The notes beneath the pieces are model-generated. The model made no database searches and was not told the DNA's origin. It saw only the letters and a program-made list of their open reading frames with translations. From a bacterium UBP8_UBA817 (lineage in GTDB: Bacteria > Margulisbacteria > Marinamargulisbacteria > SXXA01 > SICP01), in assembly GCA_945888435.1 (NCBI GenBank), contig CAMCZW010000007.1, positions 12,700 through 76,699 of the forward strand: a stretch of DNA of 64,000 nt. Reading direction: 5' to 3'. A program made the position numbers and the translations under genes. Every line of letters starts with the position of its first letter. Within the stretch, counting starts at the first letter, position 1. Below are positions 1 to 10,295 of the stretch, piece after piece.

Positions 1-747
1 AGAACTGAAATCCCGTTGGAGAGCAACATCACGCCCTTAGGCTGCTTCCCTTCCATAATTTCAAGATAAACAGAGGCAATATTTCTAAGATCATCTTGCG
101 TAAAGCGATCAATAGGGCGAGATTGCAAGTTTCTAGCAAGCCCGATATACCCTTCCAGATTTCCCTGAGGAGGCATTGTCACCAATTGTGAATTTGCATA
201 AATCTGACGAGGAATCACCGTGACGCCAACTTCAGGCACTTCAATCGGTTTATCTATATGAAGCAATTCATACGGGACGGCCACCACTTGATGCTGAGCC
301 CCCACTTCCCTGATAAAGACAAGCTCTACACGATGAGCAGATTCTGAATATAAAACTGATTTTCCTTCAGGCAATACCATTTGGGTTTCATCCGCCAAAT
401 AATAAGTGCAGGCAGATCCAATCAATAACACAATAAGCCCAATATGGATCAGCCAAATCCCAACCTTGGACCATGCAAATTTAAACCGTGAAAAATGAGC
501 CGCAATCAAATTGATAAACAGCACCCACCCAATCACAATACCGCTTGGCAATACGGGGATCATGGTTCCAGAAATCGATTTCCATACAAAAAAGCCAGAA
601 AAAAACTGTCGCTTCGCTTCTAAAATACCCATATCCACTTGGGCTATAGTGGTAAAAAACACCAAAACCATCAAAATGGTTAAGCAAACAACCGTCAGTT
701 TAAGAGAAGAAAAAAAAGAAAGAATTCGGTTTAAAAAGCGCTTCATC
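1..747 (-). CDS. partial ORF (3' end cut by window edge): polytopic membrane protein, ResB/CcsB-like cytochrome c biogenesis protein (N-terminal ~249 aa)
   Basis: ATG (minus) at 745-747 overlaps the stop of the upstream ORF (ATGA). Translation MKRFLNRILSFFSSLKLTVVCLTILMVLVFFTTIAQ... has a hydrophobic N-terminus and a further TM segment, resembling ResB/Ccs1 N-termini. The reading frame stays open to position 1. Confidence 0.4.
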
Positions 748-2245
748 GCTGTTGTGCCCCATGCACATGCTGCATTGAGGAAATAAGCTGCTGAAGCTGA
801 GGAATCATTGCTTTAACCGCAGCGTGAGATCCAGATGCTTTAAAAAACCAATTTTCATCATCATGTCGAATAAAGGCAATTTCAAAGGCATCAGTGCCAT
901 TAGAGACCGATGCCCACTGAGTCGAAAATTCACCCAGTTTTTTTGAGGTCACAGAAGATGTCAATTCAGACGGAGTTGCGGGTGCCATTTTAAGTTGTCC
1001 ACGCCACCGATTAAGGTTACTAAGCATATCCGGAGCCGCCCCCGTCATACTGGTAATCGCGACAATAACGGCTTGATCCCCAACCGAAACCCGATAGCGC
1101 GCACGGTCAAATCCACTTTCAGAAGGCATCGTTGCCCAGTTTTTAGGAACCACCCACTGATAGGGTAAATCCTGAGGAGATTTCGCTTCCTGAAATGATG
1201 CCGCCACAGAAACATCAGTCACTAACAATTCTTTAGGGACAGAATAGACCGTAACTTTGTCACGGCATCCAGCAGAAATCACAAAAAAAGAAATAATAAA
1301 ACAACCCATTAAGGCCTTCATAAACAGTTGCCAAAACGATCGTTTTTTTCTCATAGGGCCACCACCTGTTGATGTTGATGAAGAAGCCGCCCCACTTCCT
1401 TTCATCACAATATAAATAAGGGCTTTAATCTTGTCACGCGAATTTGGAAGCCCCTTTTGCGTCATTAATCCAAACCAGCGTTTACTAAGTAATTTTAAAA
1501 ACCGCTCAGAGGGAAGCTGATTAAACTCACCCATCAAAATATCTCGCCACTGATAATAGATAATATCCATCACCGAGCTCATGGGAATCTGAGGGGTAAT
1601 CTGGTGAAGAGTTTTGGTTAAATAATGAATTAAAAATGTATCCACTTCTTCAGAACGAAGCGCATCATGCATCTTTATGTCAGTTTCAGGAGCAGGTGAA
1701 AAGTCTAAAGACTCAGTATGGACATGATCATAAGCAGAGCCCTCTGATGACGACAACGTAGGCGCCACCACAGGATGAGCCGTTGGAACTTGAAGTCTCT
1801 CTTCTACCTGATCATCATCCAAATGATCAATCACAGGACGTCCCTTTTGGAGAGTTTTACCTTTCGGTTTTTGGGGTAAGTTTTTGATCACGGGTAAATC
1901 CAATTCGGATAAATCATGCGTTTGGAGATACTCCAACACACGACGAGAAAAGCTAGGATCCTTTGAAGACGGTATCGCCTTCACAATCCTTAGCCACATA
2001 TTACTGAGTTGAATTAAAAAGACAGAAGAATATCCGCCAGGAACCCCATATAAAATCGACTCCCACGCCGACTTAATGGTGTCATAGGCATCCGATGTCG
2101 GTAAAACAAGTTGCTTACCAGCCACCACTAATTGAAGATACGACAGTAAAAACCCTTGAGGATCTTTATCCCGAATCCGATCAGAAAGACTAATAAAACT
2201 AACAGCCATAAGCCCTAGTATAAATGGAGAAACCCACCCCGTCAC
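743..2245 (-). CDS. hypothetical protein (500 aa; GTG start). The C-terminal ~200 aa begins with a signal/lipobox-like segment (MRKKRSFWQLFMKALMGCFIISFFVISAGC) and could be a separate lipoprotein gene starting at 1353.
   Basis: Long ORF with no internal stops. Start codon is GTG at 2243-2245. No recognisable domain. Internal Met at 1351-1353 followed by a lipobox-like ISAGC. Confidence 0.45.
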   Translation of the reverse strand: MTGWVSPFILGLMAVSFISLSDRIRDKDPQGFLLSYLQLVVAGKQLVLPTSDAYDTIKSAWESILYGVPGGYSSVFLIQLSNMWLRIVKAIPSSKDPSFSRRVLEYLQTHDLSELDLPVIKNLPQKPKGKTLQKGRPVIDHLDDDQVEERLQVPTAHPVVAPTLSSSEGSAYDHVHTESLDFSPAPETDIKMHDALRSEEVDTFLIHYLTKTLHQITPQIPMSSVMDIIYYQWRDILMGEFNQLPSERFLKLLSKRWFGLMTQKGLPNSRDKIKALIYIVMKGSGAASSSTSTGGGPMRKKRSFWQLFMKALMGCFIISFFVISAGCRDKVTVYSVPKELLVTDVSVAASFQEAKSPQDLPYQWVVPKNWATMPSESGFDRARYRVSVGDQAVIVAITSMTGAAPDMLSNLNRWRGQLKMAPATPSELTSSVTSKKLGEFSTQWASVSNGTDAFEIAFIRHDDENWFFKASGSHAAVKAMIPQLQQLISSMQHVHGAQQR

Positions 2246-2274
2246 GCAAATGAACGTTTAAGCGTTTGGTAAAT

Positions 2275-3180
2275 TCAGAGTAAAAGATCAGAGGCAGAAA
2301 CCCCCGTCATCTGCTGAATTACATCCCCATCGACCCCTGCCGCTTTCATTTTTCTAGCAATCATGAGCTGACTTTCTAAACGTCCATGCTGTATTCCTTG
2401 TTCTATTCCTAGCTCTAGCCCTTGCTGTAACCCTAGCTCTATTCCTTGCTCCACCCCTTTTTCAATACCTCTCACTTCCGCCGTTCGGATTGCTTCTTCC
2501 TCATCCCGTAGCCATGTTTGCCGACCTTCGTAAATGTCGCGCTCCTCATCAGTTAAAAACAAGGTGTCTAGAACGTGGATGGCCTTGGTAATGTGTGGAT
2601 CTGATTGAAAGGGCGAAGCCCCATGGCGACTGCCAAATTCATGAGATTTTTTTAAAAAGGTCACCCATCGATCTAGCGCCGTCTTCACATGGGACAGTTC
2701 TCCATCACACTTTTTAATCTCAATCGTATGGAGCTGCAAATCAGTAAATGTCCGTGCTTTAGAGTTTAGATTTAAGACGCCAAACACATTATGATACTCA
2801 GGTTCATCCAATAAATTAAAGTTAAGGACATGGATGCCGATCGTTTTTCTCAGGGCCTCATAGGGGACGAATTCCTGGATCTGATCGGCATACAACTTCG
2901 ACCAACAATAAAGCGCTCGTTTTTCATATCCCAATTGATCCGTAATCTGCATCTCGATATTCAAATGCCGACCATCCTCCGCCACAGCTTTAATATCAAA
3001 AATGGATACCTTTTCCTGCTGAAACCGCTTAAGCGTATACGGATTTTTAAGCGTCAACTCAACAATCTTTTCCTCAGGTTCAAGTACTGCATTCACAAAC
3101 GCCATCAACAGGTCCTTATTTTCTTCGGACCCAAACAACTTTTTAAACGCAAAATCGACTCTCGGATTAATCTTGGTCAT
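2275..3180 (-). CDS. Rpn-family recombination-promoting nuclease / PD-(D/E)XK transposase-like protein (Transposase_31 family)
   Basis: N-terminus MTKINPRVDFAFKKLFGSEENKDLLMAFVNAVL is typical of the Rpn/YhgA family. The C-terminal tandem GIEKGVEQGIELGLQQGLELGIEQGIQHG repeats are characteristic of this family. ATG at 3178-3180. Confidence 0.7.
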   Translation of the reverse strand: MTKINPRVDFAFKKLFGSEENKDLLMAFVNAVLEPEEKIVELTLKNPYTLKRFQQEKVSIFDIKAVAEDGRHLNIEMQITDQLGYEKRALYCWSKLYADQIQEFVPYEALRKTIGIHVLNFNLLDEPEYHNVFGVLNLNSKARTFTDLQLHTIEIKKCDGELSHVKTALDRWVTFLKKSHEFGSRHGASPFQSDPHITKAIHVLDTLFLTDEERDIYEGRQTWLRDEEEAIRTAEVRGIEKGVEQGIELGLQQGLELGIEQGIQHGRLESQLMIARKMKAAGVDGDVIQQMTGVSASDLLL

Positions 3181-3254
3181 AGTTTAAATATTCTACGATA
3201 ATAGTGACCTTGTGGCAATCTACCCGTCAATTCATTTATGGGCGGCCAAGAAAA

Positions 3255-4130
3255 TTATCTTTTCAAGATCGTAATAATCGACAGATACTGCATTAACCCA
3301 CGTGATAATTCAGGGCGTCTTACCCCAATTAATCGGGCACGTTTAAACAAATCACGGCGTAATAAAAAGTAAACTTGCGACACAGATGGGAGTTCTGGCA
3401 ATCCAATTAAATCCGCCACTCTTGAAAGCTGAAGTTCTGTAAATGTCGATAGTGGTCTCGAATAATAATCCAGCAAAAGTTTAAGCTCTGCCCCACCATG
3501 AACATGGGTAAGCTCCCCTAACAATTTTGTTCTCACGTATCCAAGCGCTCTAAAGTGACCAATCCGTTTACCATAAGCCTTAATTTGAGGCGTATACATC
3601 CGGGTTAAATCCTGCCATTTTCGAGTGACTAACACACTCACGTTATCATCTTTTAAATACGTCGATACCACATCCGCCAACATAAAGCGAAACCCAACAC
3701 AGCGTTTTAAAGTATGAACCACATGCGCCACGATTATCGCTGGCGCCAACCCAAGTCCAACCGCAATCGGCCCTAAGCCCTTAATAACACGATCAGGAAG
3801 CACGAATGCAGGATCATGAACAAAGATATGAGGTGCGATATAAGACACCGGCGTCCCCAAAGACAATGCCCCAACCGAAAACGATCGCTTGGACATCAAC
3901 ACCGAATGCTTAATCAGTAAGTCATAAATCAAGTGTGACATGGCAGAATCCACGCCCAATACCTCAGACTCAAAAGAGGCCCAGATAACTGTCCGTAATG
4001 GGGCTTCATCATAAGCAGAAACCATCGACATCATGCCCGTAAAAGATTGTTTAGAAAATAAAGCGGCCATCATCTGCTGAGCAACTCCTCTTAAGATCCC
4101 CTTGGTTTGTAACTCCCCCGGATTCGACAT
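3255..4130 (-). CDS. hypothetical protein (291 aa)
   Basis: ATG at 4128-4130 preceded by a strong SD (AAGGAG, 7 nt spacing) on the minus strand. No recognisable motif. Confidence 0.5.
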   Translation of the reverse strand: MSNPGELQTKGILRGVAQQMMAALFSKQSFTGMMSMVSAYDEAPLRTVIWASFESEVLGVDSAMSHLIYDLLIKHSVLMSKRSFSVGALSLGTPVSYIAPHIFVHDPAFVLPDRVIKGLGPIAVGLGLAPAIIVAHVVHTLKRCVGFRFMLADVVSTYLKDDNVSVLVTRKWQDLTRMYTPQIKAYGKRIGHFRALGYVRTKLLGELTHVHGGAELKLLLDYYSRPLSTFTELQLSRVADLIGLPELPSVSQVYFLLRRDLFKRARLIGVRRPELSRGLMQYLSIITILKR

Positions 4131-4239
4131 AAAAAACTCCTTATATTAACTCAAAAAGTCTGAGTTAGCTAAATTACTTTGATAGGTTGGTTATACCCAG
4201 TTGAGAAAGGAGCTAAACATTGAAAAAAGCTTAGACGCG

Positions 4240-7200
4240 TCACACCTCTGTAACTTGCGACTGAGGAGGTATAAAAGTAGCCGTCATAAACCGCTCAACC
4301 CCCTCATAGGTATGGGTCAGAACATTAACACCAGGTTGTAATCGCTGAAGTTCAATAATAGCTTCAAGATAGTGCTGAATATCCAGAGAAAGCTCTGGAT
4401 CAACATCTTGCAATTGAGTTTTAACAGCCTTAGCCAATTCAATTTGCTGATCAGCTTTAGAAGGATCATAAGAAAACGCCTCCAAAGCAGTTAAAGCATC
4501 TGAAATCGACGGTATCTGCTGCTTGAAAGTAAAGCTCAACATCTTAAGTACAGTAGGCATCGACTCAACGTCGCCTTTTGTATAAAACCCAGAAGCTCGA
4601 TCAGACTGTGCGCTAAAAACAGCCCGCTCACCAAACTTAAAAGTGGGCACATGAAAACGTTTTTTACGCCCCACAACAGCCTTATCCGACAAGTGTTTTT
4701 TAACAAGAGCAAAAACACGCTCACTTGCGCTTGATTTAGACTGTAACTTAGAAAAAACATGTGCAACAACCGCATCTGCACTCTCAGGAAAACGACGTGC
4801 GATCTTTTCTACTAAGCCACTATATTTTACTTTAAACTCGCTAAGAGTAGTTAAGTGAATATCCAAATCTGGTGCAACCAAAAACTTATCGCTGTCCTTA
4901 TATTCTCCAAAATGTCGTCCAGTGATTGCATTAAGTCCTGCCGCCATCGTTTTGGCTACGACAGGCACAACAGTAGCCGTTGATAAATTAAGCCCCAATC
5001 CAATATCAACATGTCGTTTTGAAGACTTTTCAGCCTTGGGAGAAAGGACACCTTCTTCTATCAAAAATTGAAAAATATCATTCGCTTTTCTTAGAGTGAT
5101 GCCCACTTTTTCAGAAACAAATGTTTTGACTTTGACTGGAGATCTCAACTCGCTAGCATGCTCCTTTTGCTTGGCTGCAACGGGTTTTTTACGAACCTCA
5201 TCCTTCAATGCAGTCCGAAGCTCAGGATTCATCCGACGTAATGGGGATTTCTTGGTCCACTCCTCTTTAAAAAGTTTTTTAAATGGGCCTGTTTGTCGAA
5301 GTGGATTATTATGTATCGCTTCATGTTTTGCATCTTGCTGACCATATTGTTCATCTTTAGTAAAAAGATGCATTTCCTTACCCATATATTGTGCCGCTTT
5401 TATCACTGCAGAATAGTCAGATTGAACCTGACCACCAGCTGGGGAATATCGATCTAAAATAATGGGCACAACTCGATTAAATTCGGATGAAAATTCGGTA
5501 TCGCTAGAAAATTCCCCCTGAATCCAAGCAATCATTTTTTTCACGTCACCAGGAAGGGTCTCATCCTTCAACTTCGCACACTGCTGAGGAGTTAGTCGTT
5601 GCTTAAGTTCAAGCATCAAAACCTCAGGCTTAAGTTTAGCATTGGCCAAGCACCAGATTTGTTGAGAATCTAGATTATTGAGGGCTCTATAGTGACTAGA
5701 CGAAATGTCTCGGACCACCGCTTTAACTTCCACACGATCAGCTCCGCTCATAAAGGCCGGCACAAATAATGACGACTCTAGCGCAAATGGACTTTTCCCT
5801 TCAAAGTCACCCACATAGTCATGACGATATCCAAGCCCATCCTCAGATACACCTAAGCCCAAGGTATGACTAGACCACGCCACAACTGACTTTTCTTCAA
5901 TACGCTGAGTCAATCTCATCATTCGTCCACGATCTTCAGCTGAATCTCCAAAAAACAATCGCTTGCCCCCACGCTCATACATGGCATCATTGCCAAAATG
6001 CTGGCACCATTGCAACCCAAGCATCGCCTTATCTGTCACAGGACCATCACTATAAAGTGCATTTTGACCCGCCTTAATAATATCGATAAACTCACTAACA
6101 GACATCTTAGGACAATAAATTTCCTTACATAAATAAGCCATGACAAATGAAGCCTTAGTCATATTTCCCTGAATAACAGTCTCCACTTTTGGAGAACACA
6201 ATTTTAACCCCTCAAAAACCTGATTAACATCCCCTGAAAAGGCCTCTTTAACCTTGCCTTCTCCATTAACTAAATCAAGAGTCCAAAAAGCTGTTAAAAG
6301 TTTAGGCAAGGCTTTTAAGTTATCAGGAAAATCAGTCCAGTCCGGATGACCCAAGTTTACTTTAAGTTGGGGAAATAAGGCCGTTTCAACCTTAGATCCA
6401 ACACGAGGAACAACATTGTTAGCAGAATCAGCTCCAAGGATAGATGGTTGATAGATACCAGAATGCACTTCAAGAGCACGTTGCTGAGAACTAGCTCTCT
6501 GCTCAGCCTTATCTTGTTTAGCCTGCTTTTTATCAATAAAGGTAGAAGGCTTAGGAGAAAAATATCGATCCAAAATAGGCTTGAGATGGTCAGAGACACG
6601 AACATCTTTAAATGCACCAGCACTAGAGACTGGAAGTTCAAAGGTATGACTATCACAACTTTTAACCTTACCTTTTGAGTCAATAAAGCCCTGCTGTTTA
6701 AGCTCTTTAAAAAGGACTTTAGACGCATCTAAGGTAAGTCCCACTCCAAGATCTTTTAATTCTGCTTGAAGGATAGACGGAGAAAGTCGATGATGAAGCA
6801 ATCCCCATACTCTTTCGTCTTTAACCTTCTCAAATTTAGGAACTGATTGAAACAGTGGAGGTTTAGATTTAGAAATTTCTTTGACTTCGCTCGCTAGAAT
6901 TGAGATTACGACAGAGGAAAGAATAGAAGAGGATAATCCGAGCACCGCACCACTACCTTGACGTTGGAGAGGGAGGTGACCGGCGGGATCAGAGTATGAT
7001 TTATTCGATCCATCAACTACAGGTGAATTCAGACCGATTACTGAAGAAGCACTGGAGCCAAGCAAGGAAGAAGATTCAGGATTGGGCCCGTTAGGATTAT
7101 CATAAGCTACCGGAGAAAACAGAGCTTCATCAAGGACCTCAAAGCCATCACCACCTAAAGGATCACCATGATTTCCTTGAGGATAAGCGGCATTCCCAGG

Positions 7201-7530
7201 GACTAGAGTTAGCGATCTTGCTTGAGGACCAATTTCAGGATTAGCAGCCTCTGGAAGAGAACTTAAACTTAAAGCTAAACTATGTGGCTTAAGGCTAGAT
7301 ACAACCACTTGAGGATGTTTAGAACTCTTAGTGAGCGTAGATTTTGGATTTGCACGAAAAGTTTTATCAAAGAACTCAGCTTTTTCCCGAACATTTCCCG
7401 GAGTCAGATTCCGTCTGATAGTACCATTTTTTTCAACCGTCATAAAAACCACTCCCCTATGTGCAAGGTCATCCTTATGATATGATTCCCTAAAAAGTGG
7501 GAATACAAACCATTCACAGAGACTCGCCAC
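4240..7530 (-). CDS. large hypothetical protein (1096 aa), no TM segments or signal peptide; candidate secreted effector
   Basis: 3.3 kb uninterrupted ORF with a GTG start at 7528-7530. No similarity to any family I recognise. Neighbours are an LRR protein and a small ORF. Confidence 0.55.
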   Translation of the reverse strand: MASLCEWFVFPLFRESYHKDDLAHRGVVFMTVEKNGTIRRNLTPGNVREKAEFFDKTFRANPKSTLTKSSKHPQVVVSSLKPHSLALSLSSLPEAANPEIGPQARSLTLVPGNAAYPQGNHGDPLGGDGFEVLDEALFSPVAYDNPNGPNPESSSLLGSSASSVIGLNSPVVDGSNKSYSDPAGHLPLQRQGSGAVLGLSSSILSSVVISILASEVKEISKSKPPLFQSVPKFEKVKDERVWGLLHHRLSPSILQAELKDLGVGLTLDASKVLFKELKQQGFIDSKGKVKSCDSHTFELPVSSAGAFKDVRVSDHLKPILDRYFSPKPSTFIDKKQAKQDKAEQRASSQQRALEVHSGIYQPSILGADSANNVVPRVGSKVETALFPQLKVNLGHPDWTDFPDNLKALPKLLTAFWTLDLVNGEGKVKEAFSGDVNQVFEGLKLCSPKVETVIQGNMTKASFVMAYLCKEIYCPKMSVSEFIDIIKAGQNALYSDGPVTDKAMLGLQWCQHFGNDAMYERGGKRLFFGDSAEDRGRMMRLTQRIEEKSVVAWSSHTLGLGVSEDGLGYRHDYVGDFEGKSPFALESSLFVPAFMSGADRVEVKAVVRDISSSHYRALNNLDSQQIWCLANAKLKPEVLMLELKQRLTPQQCAKLKDETLPGDVKKMIAWIQGEFSSDTEFSSEFNRVVPIILDRYSPAGGQVQSDYSAVIKAAQYMGKEMHLFTKDEQYGQQDAKHEAIHNNPLRQTGPFKKLFKEEWTKKSPLRRMNPELRTALKDEVRKKPVAAKQKEHASELRSPVKVKTFVSEKVGITLRKANDIFQFLIEEGVLSPKAEKSSKRHVDIGLGLNLSTATVVPVVAKTMAAGLNAITGRHFGEYKDSDKFLVAPDLDIHLTTLSEFKVKYSGLVEKIARRFPESADAVVAHVFSKLQSKSSASERVFALVKKHLSDKAVVGRKKRFHVPTFKFGERAVFSAQSDRASGFYTKGDVESMPTVLKMLSFTFKQQIPSISDALTALEAFSYDPSKADQQIELAKAVKTQLQDVDPELSLDIQHYLEAIIELQRLQPGVNVLTHTYEGVERFMTATFIPPQSQVTEV

Positions 7531-7582
7531 TGGGTTATCGGAAAATTTATGGAAAGAATTTCAATGAGGGTGATGATTAAAA

Positions 7583-7915
7583 ATGTTTAATGAAAAGATA
7601 AAATCCTATTGTGATCAATTAAAAGCTTATCGAAAAACTCAGGTTGCAGATATAATTCTCCACAGAAAAAAAACACAAACATCTCATGAAACAGCTTTAA
7701 TGCTGTCAGAAACCGAACTAAAAATTATCACAAAAAACAAACAACCCCCTCAAGAGATTACTCTTGAGCTAAACAGCGGAATCATCACCGTAAATAATCA
7801 CCATATGCCACAAGACTATAGTGAAGAATTCTTATTAAATCTTGAAAATATTCTAAATTTATTAAGCACCAAAGATACTCAGGTTTACAACAAAACGTCT
7901 AAATCTACGCACTAG
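7583..7915 (+). CDS. small hypothetical protein (110 aa), divergent from the 1096-aa ORF
   Basis: ATG ORF whose 3' end overlaps the convergent LRR gene by 11 nt. Weak SD-like GAGGG lies 15 nt upstream. Confidence 0.3.
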   Translation: MFNEKIKSYCDQLKAYRKTQVADIILHRKKTQTSHETALMLSETELKIITKNKQPPQEITLELNSGIITVNNHHMPQDYSEEFLLNLENILNLLSTKDTQVYNKTSKSTH

Positions 7916-8714
7916 ATTCTGTCGATTTATTCTCTTTCCAGGCTTTTTCTGTATCAGAATCAGTCGCTTTAATTTGAACATTTAAAATAACCTGAATACG
8001 ACTAGAAATTTCAGTCGAATTTCCCCCCAATGTTATCAAAACTTTATCTTTAACCGGACAAAACTGGTTAAAGTTAAGAATCCATTGGACTAATCGTTGT
8101 GGAAATTCCCGAGGAAAAGAGGTCATATCGACCGCTGTTAAGTTTGGAAACAACTGACATACCATTCCGCCCACCCATAGAGGCATCATGGAAATAGATT
8201 CAGCACGAGGAGAAAATACCAACTTTGTTAAAGTTAAATGCGGAGAAAACACTTGAGGTTTTTGCTCTGAATAGGAAATCCCAACACCGGATAAAGAAAG
8301 TACTTTTAAACCAGGAAAAAGATCTATCAAAGAAATAAATTGAGCAAAAGTCATCTCTAGATTTTCGATAGAAAGATGAGTAACTTTTTTCATACCATCT
8401 TTATCAGTCAAATTTAAACTGGATAACAGATCCGTCATTCGACATTGATCAAGCCGAATAGCAGTTAATTTTGGCATCTGCACTATTTTGGGAAGTGCCT
8501 CTTGTAAAACACTTAAATGAAGATTACGACACACCGCTGCAATCGCAGTTGAATAAGCTGAATTAATTAATGATACAGATTCAGAAAAAGAGGAAGGGAA
8601 TACATACTGAAATAAAGGAGTCGTATCCTCAGGGCGAACCTGATACCGAATAGAAAGGGTCGGCGTCGCCTTCCCACACCCTATCGCCACTATCTTAAAC
8701 AATCGATACCCCAT
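7905..8714 (-). CDS. leucine-rich-repeat protein (cysteine-containing / RNI-like LRR type), eukaryote-like
   Basis: Repeated LxxLxLxxC/N-type segments: LTAIRLDQCRMTD, VTHLSIENLEMT, LKVLSLSGVGIS, LTKLVFSPRAES, LTAVDMTSF. Confidence 0.5.
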   Translation of the reverse strand: MGYRLFKIVAIGCGKATPTLSIRYQVRPEDTTPLFQYVFPSSFSESVSLINSAYSTAIAAVCRNLHLSVLQEALPKIVQMPKLTAIRLDQCRMTDLLSSLNLTDKDGMKKVTHLSIENLEMTFAQFISLIDLFPGLKVLSLSGVGISYSEQKPQVFSPHLTLTKLVFSPRAESISMMPLWVGGMVCQLFPNLTAVDMTSFPREFPQRLVQWILNFNQFCPVKDKVLITLGGNSTEISSRIQVILNVQIKATDSDTEKAWKENKSTESSA

Positions 8715-8744
8715 GTCTAGTTATCGCGTTTAAAAAAATAAATT

Positions 8745-10292
8745 TCACAAACCGACCGAAATCACTTGCCGACTGCCAAATCGAAACATCAGCTCATCAA
8801 AGCCTTGGTTAAGCGCAACGGTGATTGGAATTTGATACGCCACTGGTCCCCAAAACTGCCGTGGGCCTGGACTACAAAACACATCTGCCTGTGCCCAAGA
8901 CTCTCTGCGAGATGCAAAAAACTTAAATGCAGGACTATCCAATGTCACCAATGCTTTTTGGATAACCGGAATATCCTTGCCATCCCGATGTTCTACCGAA
9001 ATCATGGTGAGTAACGGAATTGCAAGAGGTAATCCACCCCGATCCAAATTAGAAATCGCGACAATATACCCCGTATAGCCAGCAACGATTAATGCCGCAG
9101 CAGTCAGGCCTAAATTATACGTATACGCCGCATCAAATCGACTAGGCGCCCCACAGCGACCTTCGTACCCAAAAAAGTGGCGATTGGCTTCAAATTTAAC
9201 CGTGGGGTCTAGCTCTTTAACTCGCTTTTCAGTGAGTTCAACCAATAACGCATCTGTATCAATTTGAGAGACTTTGACATTGCCATGAGAATCCCGCTCT
9301 TGGGTATGAACCAATTGATTAAACTCAGGAACAACCTCAATCAACCCTTCAGGGATGACCACGACTCCATAATTCATGCCTTTTTTAGCTCTTGAAATCA
9401 CCACATTGGCAATCTGATCCACGACATCCGACAACGACAACTTCGACGCCGCCACTTCTTCAGAAATCAAGGTTAATGTCGCCTTAGTTTGCAATGCCAC
9501 TTCAAGTGCCACATGAGACGCACTGCGCCCCATTACTTTCACAAAATGCCAATACTTTCGGCTAGATGGTGTGTCCTGCAAAATATTGCCCACCAATTCC
9601 GCATAAATCTTGGTGGCCGTATCAAATCCAAAACTAATTGGTAAATAACTGCCAAACTGCAAATCCCCATCAATCGTTTTAGGGACTCCAATAACCGCAC
9701 AATTGGACGCTATTAAATACTCCGCCAAAACTGCCGCATTGGTATTAGAATCATCGCCTCCGATAATCACAATCCCATTGAGTTTAAACTTTTCCACAAC
9801 TGCTTTAACGGCCTTCAGTTGCTCATCCGTTTTAATTTTAGTTCGGTCAGAGCCCAATAGGTCAAACCCACCAAGATTTTGGACAGAGTCCACCATTTCG
9901 GAGGTCAACTCAACTAAGTCGCCCTGGATTAAGCCTTTAGGTCCTGCTTTAACTCCATAAAGCACGTTTGTATCACCCAAGTACTGCTTAAGACCGGCAA
10001 TCACATTGTGACCACCTGCAGCAGGCCCACCAGAAAACAATACCGCAATACGGTGACCCGAAGGCGTCGGCTCCTGAGAGCGTACCGCTTTAAGGACAGT
10101 CCCCTTACATTTTATAGCCAGTTTTGGAAATAATTGGCGAGCATCCGCATCTAATCCCAAAGACGCATCGGTTTCGAAACTAACCGAAGGAGATTTAAAC
10201 TCCGAACAGACGGGGATCATATCCGTCCGAATGGCCTGCTCAAAAGGCGATGAATGAGACTCTGTAGACACTAAAAAGGATTGTAATGGCAT
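8745..10292 (-). CDS. pfp: pyrophosphate-dependent 6-phosphofructokinase (PPi-PFK, long form)
   Basis: PFK motifs SGGPAAGGHNVIAGL and GGDDSNTNA. The 515-aa length is typical of PPi-PFK long forms. ATG at 10290-10292. Confidence 0.85.
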   Translation of the reverse strand: MPLQSFLVSTESHSSPFEQAIRTDMIPVCSEFKSPSVSFETDASLGLDADARQLFPKLAIKCKGTVLKAVRSQEPTPSGHRIAVLFSGGPAAGGHNVIAGLKQYLGDTNVLYGVKAGPKGLIQGDLVELTSEMVDSVQNLGGFDLLGSDRTKIKTDEQLKAVKAVVEKFKLNGIVIIGGDDSNTNAAVLAEYLIASNCAVIGVPKTIDGDLQFGSYLPISFGFDTATKIYAELVGNILQDTPSSRKYWHFVKVMGRSASHVALEVALQTKATLTLISEEVAASKLSLSDVVDQIANVVISRAKKGMNYGVVVIPEGLIEVVPEFNQLVHTQERDSHGNVKVSQIDTDALLVELTEKRVKELDPTVKFEANRHFFGYEGRCGAPSRFDAAYTYNLGLTAAALIVAGYTGYIVAISNLDRGGLPLAIPLLTMISVEHRDGKDIPVIQKALVTLDSPAFKFFASRRESWAQADVFCSPGPRQFWGPVAYQIPITVALNQGFDELMFRFGSRQVISVGL

Positions 10293-10295
10293 GGA

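Noticed and set aside
743-2245. Splitting the 500-aa ORF into two genes at internal Met 1353 (lipoprotein)
   Set aside because: There is no stop codon between the halves and no RBS evidence either way. Reported as an alternative only.
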